Shown here: positions 31,638-40,788 of the stretch, piece by piece
Layout: each line of letters begins with the position of its first letter
How positions within the stretch are numbered: the first letter of the stretch is position 1
DNA from: Flavobacteriaceae bacterium
GTDB lineage: Bacteria; Bacteroidota; Bacteroidia; Flavobacteriales; Flavobacteriaceae
Length of the DNA: 64,000 bases
Reading direction: 5' to 3'
Assembly (NCBI GenBank): GCA_030835845.1
Contig: JAUROD010000023.1
Coordinates: 14,051-78,050, forward strand
Translations under genes and position numbers: made by a program
The notes under the pieces: generated by a model
What the model was told of the DNA's origin: nothing
The model's database searches: none
What the model saw: the letters and a program-made list of their open reading frames with translations, nothing else

Positions 31638-32336
31638 TTAATTTGTTTTTAAGTCTCCAATACCTCCATCAACATGAAGAATTTGACCTGTCATCCATTG
31701 ACTTTCTTCTCCTAAGAGGAATGCTGTGGTTTGTGCAATATTTTTTGCAGTTCCAACTATTTGTAACGGATGTCGGGCTTCCGCTTTTTCGCGTTTAGCC
31801 TCGTTGTTTAAAAATTTATCAGCCAGTGGTGTGTCGGTGAGTGAAGGAGCAATGCAATTCACTCTAAATTTTGGCGCATATTCAGCAGCCAAAGACCTTG
31901 TTAGCCCCTCAATTGCTCCTTTTGATGCTGCTACAGAACTATGAAAAGGCATCCCTGTTTGGACAGCTACAGTACTAAAAAACACCAAGCTAGCTTGGGG
32001 ACTTTTTTGAAGATGGGGAAGAACCGATTGAAGGCTTTTTACAGCACCCAATACATTGATTTCAAAATCATCCTTAAAAGTTTCAGGTTTTAGGCCTCTA
32101 AAAGGACGTAAATTGATACTTCCTGGGCAGTATACAAAACCGTCGAGTTGATCGGGTAGTAACGTTACATCCAATGTATCAGATAAAACATCAAAAGGAA
32201 GGAACGTAACATCAGAATTACGAAGTGACTCTCCGTTGCGCGAGGCAATATATAGGGTGTGACTTGGTGATAGTAAATCAACCAAAGCACGACCTATTCC
32301 AGATGAACCACCAATGATTAAAATATTCTTTTTCAT
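31638..32336 (-). CDS. short-chain dehydrogenase/reductase, atypical active site
   Basis: IGGSSGIG Rossmann motif, SLAAE, RVNCIAPSLTDT, TGQILHVDGG; YxxxK appears as VAASK. Confidence 0.88.
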   Translation of the reverse strand: MKKNILIIGGSSGIGRALVDLLSPSHTLYIASRNGESLRNSDVTFLPFDVLSDTLDVTLLPDQLDGFVYCPGSINLRPFRGLKPETFKDDFEINVLGAVKSLQSVLPHLQKSPQASLVFFSTVAVQTGMPFHSSVAASKGAIEGLTRSLAAEYAPKFRVNCIAPSLTDTPLADKFLNNEAKREKAEARHPLQIVGTAKNIAQTTAFLLGEESQWMTGQILHVDGGIGDLKTN

Positions 32337-32342
32337 AGCTAT

Positions 32343-32807
32343 TTAATCCCTAAATTCTCCAAACAACTCAACGAGTTTATTGTGTCTATAGTTAAAAATT
32401 TGTTTTAATTGTCTTTTTACAAACAAGGGGTGTGCAATACGTCCTAGTAAGCCTAAGGGCAATTTGTAGTCTACAATGTCTATCATTTCCACACCCCCCG
32501 GTATGCTTTTTATAAAATGTTTGTGATGCCACAAACTGTATGGACCAAATCGTTGCTCATCAACAAAATAATTTTGATTGTCAACATGGGTTATCTCAGT
32601 TACCCATCGCAGTGGTAATCCCAAAACTGGTGTAACAGTATACTGTATGATCTGTCCTGCAAACATTTTCTGCTCAGCTCCCGACAAAATCTTAAAACCC
32701 ATGTAGTCTGGGGTTATTGTTTTTAAGTTTCTAGGATCGGACAAGAATTCCCAAGCCTCTAAAACCGAAATTGGTAAATTTTGAAGTGTTTGCAAACGAT
32801 ATACCAC
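32343..32807 (-). CDS. SRPBCC family ligand-binding protein
   Basis: AWEFLSDPRNLKTITP, WVTEITHV, FVDEQRFGPY.LWHHKH, IFNYR. Start placed at GTG of MVYRLQ. Confidence 0.85.
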   Translation of the reverse strand: MVYRLQTLQNLPISVLEAWEFLSDPRNLKTITPDYMGFKILSGAEQKMFAGQIIQYTVTPVLGLPLRWVTEITHVDNQNYFVDEQRFGPYSLWHHKHFIKSIPGGVEMIDIVDYKLPLGLLGRIAHPLFVKRQLKQIFNYRHNKLVELFGEFRD

Positions 32808-32830
32808 AGATTTTTTTTTGTAAATATAAC

Positions 32831-32864
32831 AATGTTTAATGATTAAAACCAAAAGTTAAACATT
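32831..32864. promoter_or_regulatory. candidate operator: inverted repeat AATGTTTAA-N16-TTAAACATT
   Basis: Perfect 9-bp arms at 32831-32839 and 32856-32864, immediately upstream of a -7-like TATATTTA (32828-32821) of the photolyase operon. Confidence 0.45.
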
Positions 32865-32937
32865 ATTTTATTAAATATAGTTAAGTAATTATTATTCAAT
32901 AAATTATAATCATTTCAAAAGAACTAAAAACATTGTT

Positions 32938-32945
32938 TATATTTG
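32938..32945 (+). promoter_or_regulatory. -7 promoter box TATATTTG of DUF2911 gene
   Basis: Exact TAnnTTTG match; implies the real start is ATG 32960 or 32969. Confidence 0.6.
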
Positions 32946-32968
32946 AATTCATTTTAAAAATGATAATC

Positions 32969-33808
32969 ATGAAAAAATTAATCTACGTTCTTGCGATTTC
33001 TATGTCATTAACAGCATGGTCGCAAGTAAAAACGCCTCAACCAAGCCCTGCATCTAAGCTAATTCAAACAGTTGGTCTGACCGATGTTACAATCACCTAT
33101 TCCCGTCCATCAATGAATGGAAGAGAAATAATGGGTGCATTAGTTCCATATGGAGAAATATGGCGAACAGGAGCAAACCAAAACACAGTTATTAGCTTCA
33201 GTGACGTAGTCTCTTTTGGAGACCAAGAGCTTCCTGCTGGTGATTATGCAATTTATACACAACCAGGAGATGAGAGCTGGGATGTTTATTTTTACAACGA
33301 TACATCAAATTGGGGAACACCCTCTAAATGGGATGATACTAAGATTTCAGCCCAAGTTACAACGGTTCCTCTTCAAACTGAGACTATTTTATCTTTTACA
33401 ATTTGGATTTCTGATTTGCATAATAACGGGGCATCTCTTAACATAGGATGGGAAAATACGTATATAACACTTCCTTTTGGAGTACCAACAATTGCCAAAG
33501 CCACTGCATCTATTGATGAAGTATTAAAAAATGATCCTAAGCATAGAGATTTTTACAATGCTGCAGTCTACTTTTTACAAGAAAATCAAGATTTAAACAA
33601 AGCAAAAGAATGGATTTCTAAGGCTATTGCTGAGAATGATCAAGAAGCTTATTGGTATTTCCGACAACAATCTCTAATTCTTGCTGGTTTAAATGAACGT
33701 GATGAAGCAATTGAAGCTGCAAAAAAATCACTTGAACTAGCTACAAAAGCTGGTAATAAAGACTATGTTCGTTTGAATACTATTTCAATTGAAGAATGGA
33801 GTAAATAA
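32969..33808 (+). CDS. DUF2911 domain secreted protein with C-terminal TPR-like helices
   Basis: Signal peptide MKKLIYVLA, PQPSP, QTVGLT, YSRP, LVPYGEIWRTGAN. Confidence 0.88.
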   Translation: MKKLIYVLAISMSLTAWSQVKTPQPSPASKLIQTVGLTDVTITYSRPSMNGREIMGALVPYGEIWRTGANQNTVISFSDVVSFGDQELPAGDYAIYTQPGDESWDVYFYNDTSNWGTPSKWDDTKISAQVTTVPLQTETILSFTIWISDLHNNGASLNIGWENTYITLPFGVPTIAKATASIDEVLKNDPKHRDFYNAAVYFLQENQDLNKAKEWISKAIAENDQEAYWYFRQQSLILAGLNERDEAIEAAKKSLELATKAGNKDYVRLNTISIEEWSK

Positions 33809-33829
33809 ATTTTTATAAAAGTATTTATG

Positions 33830-33857
33830 CCCTACCTATTTGGTGGGGTTTTTTTTT
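33830..33857 (+). terminator. intrinsic terminator after DUF2911, overlapping the end of the convergent SSS gene
   Basis: CCCTACC-tattt-GGTGGGG followed by T9. Confidence 0.6.
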
Positions 33858-35499
33858 GAAATTGTTGTAAACTAACCGCTAAAATAACGGTCAAAATAGC
33901 ACCAATTAAATTCAGCCATAAAAAACTCACCCAGTTTTGGGTAAAAATATAAATCACTACGATTTCAGATAAAATAGCAGAATAAAAAACAGCTGTACCT
34001 TTTACTTTTTCAATGAAAAAACCTACAAGAAAAACACCAAGAATTGTACCGTAAAAAACTGACCCTATAATGTTTACAAGTTGTATTAAATTTTCAAAAA
34101 GACTGCCAAAACTAGCAAATACAATTGCAATTAGTCCCCAAATTAAAGTAAATATTTTTGATGATTTCACATAATGATTTTCCGACTGATTACTTGTATT
34201 TCTGCGATATAAATCAATAGTTGTTGTCGTTGCTAATGCATTCAGTTCTGAGGCGGTTGAACTCATTGCTGCAGCAAGAATTACAGCGAGTAAAAGACCT
34301 ATTAGACCTTGAGGAAGATAACCTAAAATAAAGCTTATAAATACATAATCTTTGTCATTTGTTTCTTGTTTTGGATCGGCTTTATTTATTAATGACTTAG
34401 CTGTATTTCGTTGTTCACGTTCCATTTTATCTAAACGATTTAGTTCGTATAGTATGTCTTTATTTAAGTTACCTTCTGACATCAATCGGTGTCTTTCTTC
34501 TTGTGTTTTTGTATGTTCTTTTTCTAGCTTTATATATGCAGGCTTTTGCGATGAATTTAACACAGTTTGAACTGCTTTGGGATTAAAGTGCAGCGGTGCA
34601 GTTTCAAACTGATAAAAAACAAAAACCATAACCCCTACAAGTAGTATAAAAAATTGCATGGGTACTTTTAAAAAACCATTCATGATTAAACCCATTTGGC
34701 TTTCTCTCAATGATTTTCCTGATAAATATCGTTGCACTTGACTTTGGTCAGTACCAAAATAAGATAAGGCAAGAAAAAAACCTCCTGTGATTCCACTCCA
34801 AAAGGTATATCGGTTTGCTGGGTCAAGACTAAAATCCAAAATATCTAATTTTCCGGTTTGTCCAGCAATTTCTAATGCTTTTCCAAAACTAATTCCCTCA
34901 GGAAACCGTTGAATAATAAATCCAAAGGCAACTATCATTCCAAGAAAAATTACAAACATTTGTTGTTTCTGAGTAATGTTAACAGCCTTTGTTCCCCCCA
35001 TTACCGTATAGAATATCACAATTAAACCAATTATAATAATTAATGGTTTTAGCGGCCAACCAATAACTACACTGAGTATAATTGCAGGAGCATATATGGT
35101 GATCCCCGCGGCTAGTCCTCTCTGAATTAAAAAAAGCAATGCTGTTAGTGTACGAGTTCGTTGATCAAATCTATTTTCTAAATACTCATACGCTGTAAAC
35201 ACTTTGAGTTTGTGATAGATAGGTATGAAAAATAAGCAAATAACTATTACAGCAAAAGGAAGACCAAAATAAAATTGCACGAAACCCATCCCATCATTAA
35301 AGGCTTGACCTGGAGTTGAAAGAAACGTGATAGCACTTGCTTGAGTAGCCATTACAGATAATCCTACAGTCCACCAGCGTGCACTATTCCCTCCTTTTAG
35401 GTAATCATTTATTGTTTGATTTTTTCGGTTTTTAAATGCGCCATAAAGGACAATAAAACCTAGGGTACCCAATAAAACAATCCAATCGATTATTGTCAT
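33832..35499 (-). CDS. sodium:solute symporter (SLC5/NIS-like)
   Basis: SVMATQASAITFLSTPGQ, YEYLENRFD, YFGTDQSQVQRYL, AAAMSS; start at MTIIDW. Confidence 0.9.
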   Translation of the reverse strand: MTIIDWIVLLGTLGFIVLYGAFKNRKNQTINDYLKGGNSARWWTVGLSVMATQASAITFLSTPGQAFNDGMGFVQFYFGLPFAVIVICLFFIPIYHKLKVFTAYEYLENRFDQRTRTLTALLFLIQRGLAAGITIYAPAIILSVVIGWPLKPLIIIIGLIVIFYTVMGGTKAVNITQKQQMFVIFLGMIVAFGFIIQRFPEGISFGKALEIAGQTGKLDILDFSLDPANRYTFWSGITGGFFLALSYFGTDQSQVQRYLSGKSLRESQMGLIMNGFLKVPMQFFILLVGVMVFVFYQFETAPLHFNPKAVQTVLNSSQKPAYIKLEKEHTKTQEERHRLMSEGNLNKDILYELNRLDKMEREQRNTAKSLINKADPKQETNDKDYVFISFILGYLPQGLIGLLLAVILAAAMSSTASELNALATTTTIDLYRRNTSNQSENHYVKSSKIFTLIWGLIAIVFASFGSLFENLIQLVNIIGSVFYGTILGVFLVGFFIEKVKGTAVFYSAILSEIVVIYIFTQNWVSFLWLNLIGAILTVILAVSLQQFQKKTPPNR

Positions 35500-35591
35500 A
35501 GCGAATAATATTTCATAAAAACATAAAACCCTAACCAATAGACAATATTGATCAAGCCAAGGAGTAAATAAATGCGTTTATCTTTTTTCAT
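35496..35591 (-). CDS. 31-aa single-helix membrane peptide (not in ORF track)
   Basis: MKKDKRIYLLLGLINIVYWLGFYVFMKYYSL*; starts inside the last codons of the PIG-L gene and its TGA overlaps the SSS ATG. Confidence 0.65.
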   Translation of the reverse strand: MKKDKRIYLLLGLINIVYWLGFYVFMKYYSL

Positions 35592-38037
35592 CTTTAAGCG
35601 CTAAAAGATTGATTAAAAGGCGATATGCTCCGGGGACACCAGCTGGTAGTTCGCGAAAGAAACTTAGTCCTGTATAGATAACTTTTCCTTTTCCGTGATT
35701 TGCTACAAGTAGACTTCCTTCTGTTTCGTTTTCACGAAGATCATACATACCCAAAATTGAAGTATATCTGCCATCCCATTGATCTGCAAAATATAGACCC
35801 CGTTCTTGAACCCAGCCATTAAAATCAGCTTGCGTTATTTTGTGAGGGAAGTTGAGTATTGGATGATCAGGTTCAAGAAAGCGAATAGGACTTTTTTCAT
35901 CGGTTACTCGATCTCTAGAAAGTCGAATTGCATAGGGGAGTAAGTTTTCAGTTTTTAATCCTCGGCTTGTATTGTATTGTACTATTAATGTTCCTCCCTC
36001 TGCAGCAAAATCAAATAATAATTGATTTTTAAATCGAAGTGACTCAAGTACATTATAAGCTCTTATTCCGACTAAAATTGTATCAAATTGTTTTAATTCA
36101 TTTAAAGTTATTGTTGTAAGATCAATATTTACTATGTCCATCCCAATTGCTTCTAATTGATTTTTAACAAGATCACCAGCTCCCATTATATAACCTATTT
36201 TGATATCAGGGATTTGGAGGTTTAAGCGTACAATTCTAGCTTCGCTTGGCTTGGCTATATACTGCTTCGGAATGTGCTTATAGTCAATTTTTTCAACTGT
36301 ATAGACGGAATTAACTAGTTCTTTAGCTTGTCTAATTATTGGACGAATAATCCCATTTTCTGCATTTACTTCTGAGTTTACTTCAAAAGCTATGAATGTA
36401 TTTTCCCCTCTACCATTAAGGGTAACCCTTTTTTTGGTTTCACTTTTCCAACCTTCAGGCAAATCAAGTGATAATTCTCCATCAAATGTCTCACCATAAT
36501 TAGTTACTTCAAGTATAATTTCTTGCGAATTATCTGTTGAAAAAAGGTTTACAGCTTGACCAAAATTTACCCCTAAATTTGGGAGTACATAAAAAGGGGT
36601 CACAACTTCACCACGAATTGAGTCATTAATTCGATAATTCAATTCAGCTTCAAAAGTGAGTGGAACACCCTCTATTTCAACTTGAATTGGGAGTGTTATA
36701 GACGGTGTTTTAGGTTGACCAATTAACGATTTATCCTGTATATTGAACACACCTAAACTTCCTTTTTCAGTTAGCCAATAAGGGGTTGAAAGCCTATTGT
36801 TTATTAGAATAGAGAATGAAGCAGAGAGTGATTCGTTTTTCACAAGCTCAAGATTTATTTCCTCTGCACCTGCAAACTGGAGATGAATATTAAATTCACT
36901 TTGTTGCACACTTTCAAGACTTATTTCTAAAGATTCGCCTTGAGTTCCATAAGCTCGTGTTGTATTGAGTTGGAGAGTTAATCCAGCGCAAGCTTTGATA
37001 AGTGCTTTTGTTTCATCAAGTTTTCTTGATTTCCAAATAGATGGTTCTAGCTGTGCAATTTCTTGGTATATTCTTAAAAGCTGTCCTACGCTTTCATTTG
37101 GTTTTTTAAAATCGTAATGATTGATTAAGTTTTCAACCATCTGACCAATTTTTTCTCCACCTTTAATTCTTGACCATGTTGTATTTATCCCTTCAAATGG
37201 GTCATTACTTTGAGGTAAATCACCCTGAATTAACTCGAGGAATTCAGTTCGATTTCCTAATTGAGGTGAGCTGCCAAATCCTTGTGATTTATGGGAGCTT
37301 CTACTCGCAGCAGCAATTTGACTATTTGATATACCGCGTAAAGGATCAAAAGTTCCTATTTCAAGAGCTAAAAAATTCGATTTATCAGCTTCTTCAAAAA
37401 GCTTTTGACTACCATAAAACCACCATGATAAATTGAAAAACTGACGCTTAGCTTGCCAGATTTTTAAATTTGTTAATTGTTCACTAAATGCGTTTGTGTC
37501 ATTAGCCAAATTAAAAGCCTCAAAACTTAAAAGTGCTGAGGAGGTGTGGTGTCCATGAGTAGTACCAGGACTTCGATGGTCAAATCGATGTATGATTATA
37601 TCAGGTTGAAAGGATCTAATACGTCCAACAACCTCTCCTAATATTTTTGATTTATCCCAAATAGTAAGTGTTTCGTCAGGGTGTTTCGAAAATCCAAAAT
37701 CAATTGCAGAAGTAAAATATTGTTCTCCTCCATCTATTTTTCTCGCTTCTAACAATTCATATGTTCGAATTACACCGAGGGATTCCCGAAGCTCTGTACC
37801 TATTAAATTTTGACCACCATCTCCTCGCGTCATTGAAAGGTAGCCTGTATGTGCATGACGTGTATTTGAGAAATGAGATATTAAAGCTGTATTTTCATCA
37901 TCAGGGTGTGCAGCCACATAGAGCACAGATCCCAAAAAGTTGAGCTTTTCCATGTTTCTATATATCTCAGCTGTGTTTTGACCAAAGCATATAAGAGATG
38001 AAAATAATGCACTAATCGAGATGAAATATTTAAGCAT
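35578..38037 (-). CDS. PIG-L/LmbE family deacetylase, exported, with C-terminal glutamine amidotransferase-like domain
   Basis: AAHPDDEN, TRGDGGQN, DFGFSK, HGHH, WVQERGLYF, FFRELPAGVPGAYRL; signal peptide. Confidence 0.88.
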   Translation of the reverse strand: MLKYFISISALFSSLICFGQNTAEIYRNMEKLNFLGSVLYVAAHPDDENTALISHFSNTRHAHTGYLSMTRGDGGQNLIGTELRESLGVIRTYELLEARKIDGGEQYFTSAIDFGFSKHPDETLTIWDKSKILGEVVGRIRSFQPDIIIHRFDHRSPGTTHGHHTSSALLSFEAFNLANDTNAFSEQLTNLKIWQAKRQFFNLSWWFYGSQKLFEEADKSNFLALEIGTFDPLRGISNSQIAAASRSSHKSQGFGSSPQLGNRTEFLELIQGDLPQSNDPFEGINTTWSRIKGGEKIGQMVENLINHYDFKKPNESVGQLLRIYQEIAQLEPSIWKSRKLDETKALIKACAGLTLQLNTTRAYGTQGESLEISLESVQQSEFNIHLQFAGAEEINLELVKNESLSASFSILINNRLSTPYWLTEKGSLGVFNIQDKSLIGQPKTPSITLPIQVEIEGVPLTFEAELNYRINDSIRGEVVTPFYVLPNLGVNFGQAVNLFSTDNSQEIILEVTNYGETFDGELSLDLPEGWKSETKKRVTLNGRGENTFIAFEVNSEVNAENGIIRPIIRQAKELVNSVYTVEKIDYKHIPKQYIAKPSEARIVRLNLQIPDIKIGYIMGAGDLVKNQLEAIGMDIVNIDLTTITLNELKQFDTILVGIRAYNVLESLRFKNQLLFDFAAEGGTLIVQYNTSRGLKTENLLPYAIRLSRDRVTDEKSPIRFLEPDHPILNFPHKITQADFNGWVQERGLYFADQWDGRYTSILGMYDLRENETEGSLLVANHGKGKVIYTGLSFFRELPAGVPGAYRLLINLLALKDEKR

Positions 38038-38038
38038 A

Positions 38039-38875
38039 CTAATCAAGTTTAAATGGTTTTCTGAGGACAGTATTCAATGCTTTATTTTCTTGCCAGTAAG
38101 CGCGTCTTTCGGTGTGAATTCGTTTTGCTTTAGAATGATATTTCTCCCCTTTTCCTTCATACTTTTCTTCCCACCCTTCAACGGTATATGGAAATTCGGA
38201 ACTAAAAAAAATCGTTAGTTTCCTTCCAATCGACTTAATTTCATACGAATAAGAGTTGTCAGTTAACTCCCCTTCAGCCACTTGCGTTTCGATTGGGATA
38301 TGATTTAATCGAAGTAACTCAAGAGAAGGGAGTGTTAAAAACTTTCCTGTTGGAAGGTTATTAGGGTTCAAACGTATTATATTCCATATAGCATCTTCAC
38401 TAAAGGTATCATCTATTTCAATAATTTGATCAGCTTCACCCTCAAAATAAGAATGAGACAGGATATTCAGTTTCTCCTCTTTTTGGTTGATTTGTAAATA
38501 ACTTTGACCGCACCATTCTTGAATAGATGCGCTGCTTTTTAGCATGGAGTGTTTTTTACTCAATGAATTAAAACTACTAGACATTATACTGTAAGGGTAA
38601 ATACCTGTTAAAAAGGATTTTGTTCTGTTGGATTTTAAGACCAATATACTTTTATCCGACTTTGAATTTGCTTTAACTTGCTCCTTAACCAAGAAGTCCT
38701 CTGTCACATATATCAAAACTGCTTTTCCACTACGTTGTTCTCCATAGCGTGACTGAGTTAGTTCGTATGAACTAATTTCTGCTTTTCCATCAAACCAATG
38801 CTTTTTAAATTCTTGAGAAAGTTGTGCTGTTACTAAAAATGGTAATAGGAGCAAGAATTGGGTTAGTTGTTTCAT
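38039..38875 (-). CDS. conserved exported hypothetical protein
   Basis: Signal peptide; WFDGKAEISSYEL.Q.RYGE, TGIYPYSIM, QEWCGQ, YFEGE motifs; no Maf motifs despite lying next to maf. Confidence 0.7.
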   Translation of the reverse strand: MKQLTQFLLLLPFLVTAQLSQEFKKHWFDGKAEISSYELTQSRYGEQRSGKAVLIYVTEDFLVKEQVKANSKSDKSILVLKSNRTKSFLTGIYPYSIMSSSFNSLSKKHSMLKSSASIQEWCGQSYLQINQKEEKLNILSHSYFEGEADQIIEIDDTFSEDAIWNIIRLNPNNLPTGKFLTLPSLELLRLNHIPIETQVAEGELTDNSYSYEIKSIGRKLTIFFSSEFPYTVEGWEEKYEGKGEKYHSKAKRIHTERRAYWQENKALNTVLRKPFKLD

Positions 38876-39453
38876 TACTTACAAATTTTTTCCAAGGTAG
38901 TTAAAACTTGTACCACTGGCAAACCAACAATATTTGTATAGCTTCCTTCGATCTTTTCAATAGCTACTGTTCCAATCCATTCTTGAATCCCGTATGCACC
39001 TGCCTTATCAAAAGGTTTAAATTCTTTTATATAATAATCAATTTCAAGTTTTGTCAAAGGCTTAAAAAAGACATTGCTGATTTCATGAATTACCTTTTGG
39101 GAATTGGCCTGTGTAAATGCTACTGATGTAATTACTTGATGTGATTTGCCTGACAACTGACTCAACATTTCGACCGCTTCTTCAATGGTATTCGGTTTAC
39201 CTAGACATTTCTTTTCATCCCAAACAATGGTATCAGCTGTAATTACAATTTGCTTTTCATTTAAATTCTTAAAGGGCATAGCTTTTAACTTAACCAAGAA
39301 GTCGGTAATTTCTTCTTTTTTAAGTGATTCTGGATAAATCTCATCTACATCATGTGTAATTACTTTAAAATCAAGACCAATATTTTTTAAAAACTGCTGT
39401 CTTCTAGGGGAATTTGAGGCTAAAATGAGTTCATATTCTGAGAAACGTTGCAT
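38875..39453 (-). CDS. maf: Maf family nucleotide pyrophosphatase
   Basis: ILASNSPRR, ITADTIV, LGKP, DKAGAYGIQ, GSYTNIVGLP. Confidence 0.94.
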   Translation of the reverse strand: MQRFSEYELILASNSPRRQQFLKNIGLDFKVITHDVDEIYPESLKKEEITDFLVKLKAMPFKNLNEKQIVITADTIVWDEKKCLGKPNTIEEAVEMLSQLSGKSHQVITSVAFTQANSQKVIHEISNVFFKPLTKLEIDYYIKEFKPFDKAGAYGIQEWIGTVAIEKIEGSYTNIVGLPVVQVLTTLEKICK

Positions 39454-39470
39454 ACTTCTGTCTTACTTAA

Positions 39471-39983
39471 TTAAAAAGTATTCCATTTATCTTGAACTCT
39501 AAGAGTCTGTTCAATGACATCTCTTACACATCCTTCTCCACCCTTTTTATGAGATACATAGTCAGCCCTATTTTTAACATCAATTACAGCATCAGAAGGG
39601 CAAGTTCCTAAACCTACTTGTTCCATGATAATTAAATCAGGTATATCATCTCCCATATAGAGTATTTCTTCAGGATTTAGATTGTAATTATCCAATAAAT
39701 CTTGATATGCATCTTGTTTGTGAAATGCCCCTAGATAAACATCATATATTCCAAGAGCCTTAAGTCTATCCTTAATTCCTTCATTTGTTCCTCCAGAAAT
39801 TATGGCGATTTTAAACCCTTGGTCAAGTGCATATTTTAGTGCGTAACCATCTTTGGTGTCCATTTCACGATACATTTCACCTTCAGTAGTAATCATTACC
39901 TTTCCATTAGTCAATACACCATCTACATCAAAAATAAAGGTCTTTATTTTGGGTAAAATAGCTTTGTAATTTTTTTTATCCAT
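39471..39983 (-). CDS. kdsC: KDO 8-phosphate phosphatase (HAD, KdsC family)
   Basis: FDVDGVLTNG, KDGYA, YMGDDIPD, GGEGCVR. Confidence 0.88.
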   Translation of the reverse strand: MDKKNYKAILPKIKTFIFDVDGVLTNGKVMITTEGEMYREMDTKDGYALKYALDQGFKIAIISGGTNEGIKDRLKALGIYDVYLGAFHKQDAYQDLLDNYNLNPEEILYMGDDIPDLIIMEQVGLGTCPSDAVIDVKNRADYVSHKKGGEGCVRDVIEQTLRVQDKWNTF

Positions 39984-40731
39984 GCTTTTCTTGAATGCTT
40001 TTTGTGAGTAAGTTGTATAGCTCTTGATGTTTTTTTTGGGTCAGAATGTCAAGATGATTCTCAAGGGTAATGAGGTCATTTCTTAGTGCTGGACCAGTTT
40101 GAGCGATTTTAGGAGATAGCGTCTTTACTTTTGAGGCAGTTTCAGCAATTAACGGTTCTAGTATTGAAAAAGGCAGGTTGTGTTCATTGCAAATTTCTTC
40201 ACCAATAGCATACAGATGATTTGTAAAATTATTTACAAAAACAGCTGCAACATGCAGAGCTTTTCGTTGCTTAGAATCAATTTTACAGCAAGGACTATTT
40301 AGTGTTTTAGCTAAAAGTTCAAGAGATGTATAGCTAGAATCATTGTTAGCCTCTAAACACAAGGGCAATTGCTTAAAATCAATCTTTTTTTGTTTTGAAA
40401 AAGTTTGAAGAGGATAAAATACTCCGTAGTTTTTATGTGTTTTAAGTACATCAACTGGCACACTCCCTGCAGTATGAGCAACAATACCATCCTGGGCATT
40501 CAGTTTAATTGATATATCACGAATTGAGGTATCTGCTACTGAGATTAAATAGATATCAGCAGATTGAAGTTCAGATAATTTATCTGTAATCGAAGTATCT
40601 TTAGAATGTGGTATAATAGTTTCTTTATTTCTGTTAAACCATTGAATTACCTCTGCCTTTTCACTTTTATATATAGCTTGAAAGAGATGAAATCCCACAT
40701 TACCTGCTCCAATAAGGACAACTTTTATCAT
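39976..40731 (-). CDS. Rossmann-like + DUF2520 domain oxidoreductase
   Basis: IGAGNVG, HTAGS, FYPLQTFS, LHVAAVFVNNF, QTGPALR; start at MIKVVLIG. Confidence 0.88.
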   Translation of the reverse strand: MIKVVLIGAGNVGFHLFQAIYKSEKAEVIQWFNRNKETIIPHSKDTSITDKLSELQSADIYLISVADTSIRDISIKLNAQDGIVAHTAGSVPVDVLKTHKNYGVFYPLQTFSKQKKIDFKQLPLCLEANNDSSYTSLELLAKTLNSPCCKIDSKQRKALHVAAVFVNNFTNHLYAIGEEICNEHNLPFSILEPLIAETASKVKTLSPKIAQTGPALRNDLITLENHLDILTQKKHQELYNLLTKSIQEKHG

Positions 40732-40788
40732 GCCCTTAAAGATACATATCATTTTTTTATATTTTAGCATCAACCAATATCTTATACC

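Noticed and set aside
38039-38875. Possible second Maf paralogue
   Set aside because: No Maf motifs; it has a signal peptide and is only a neighbour of maf.
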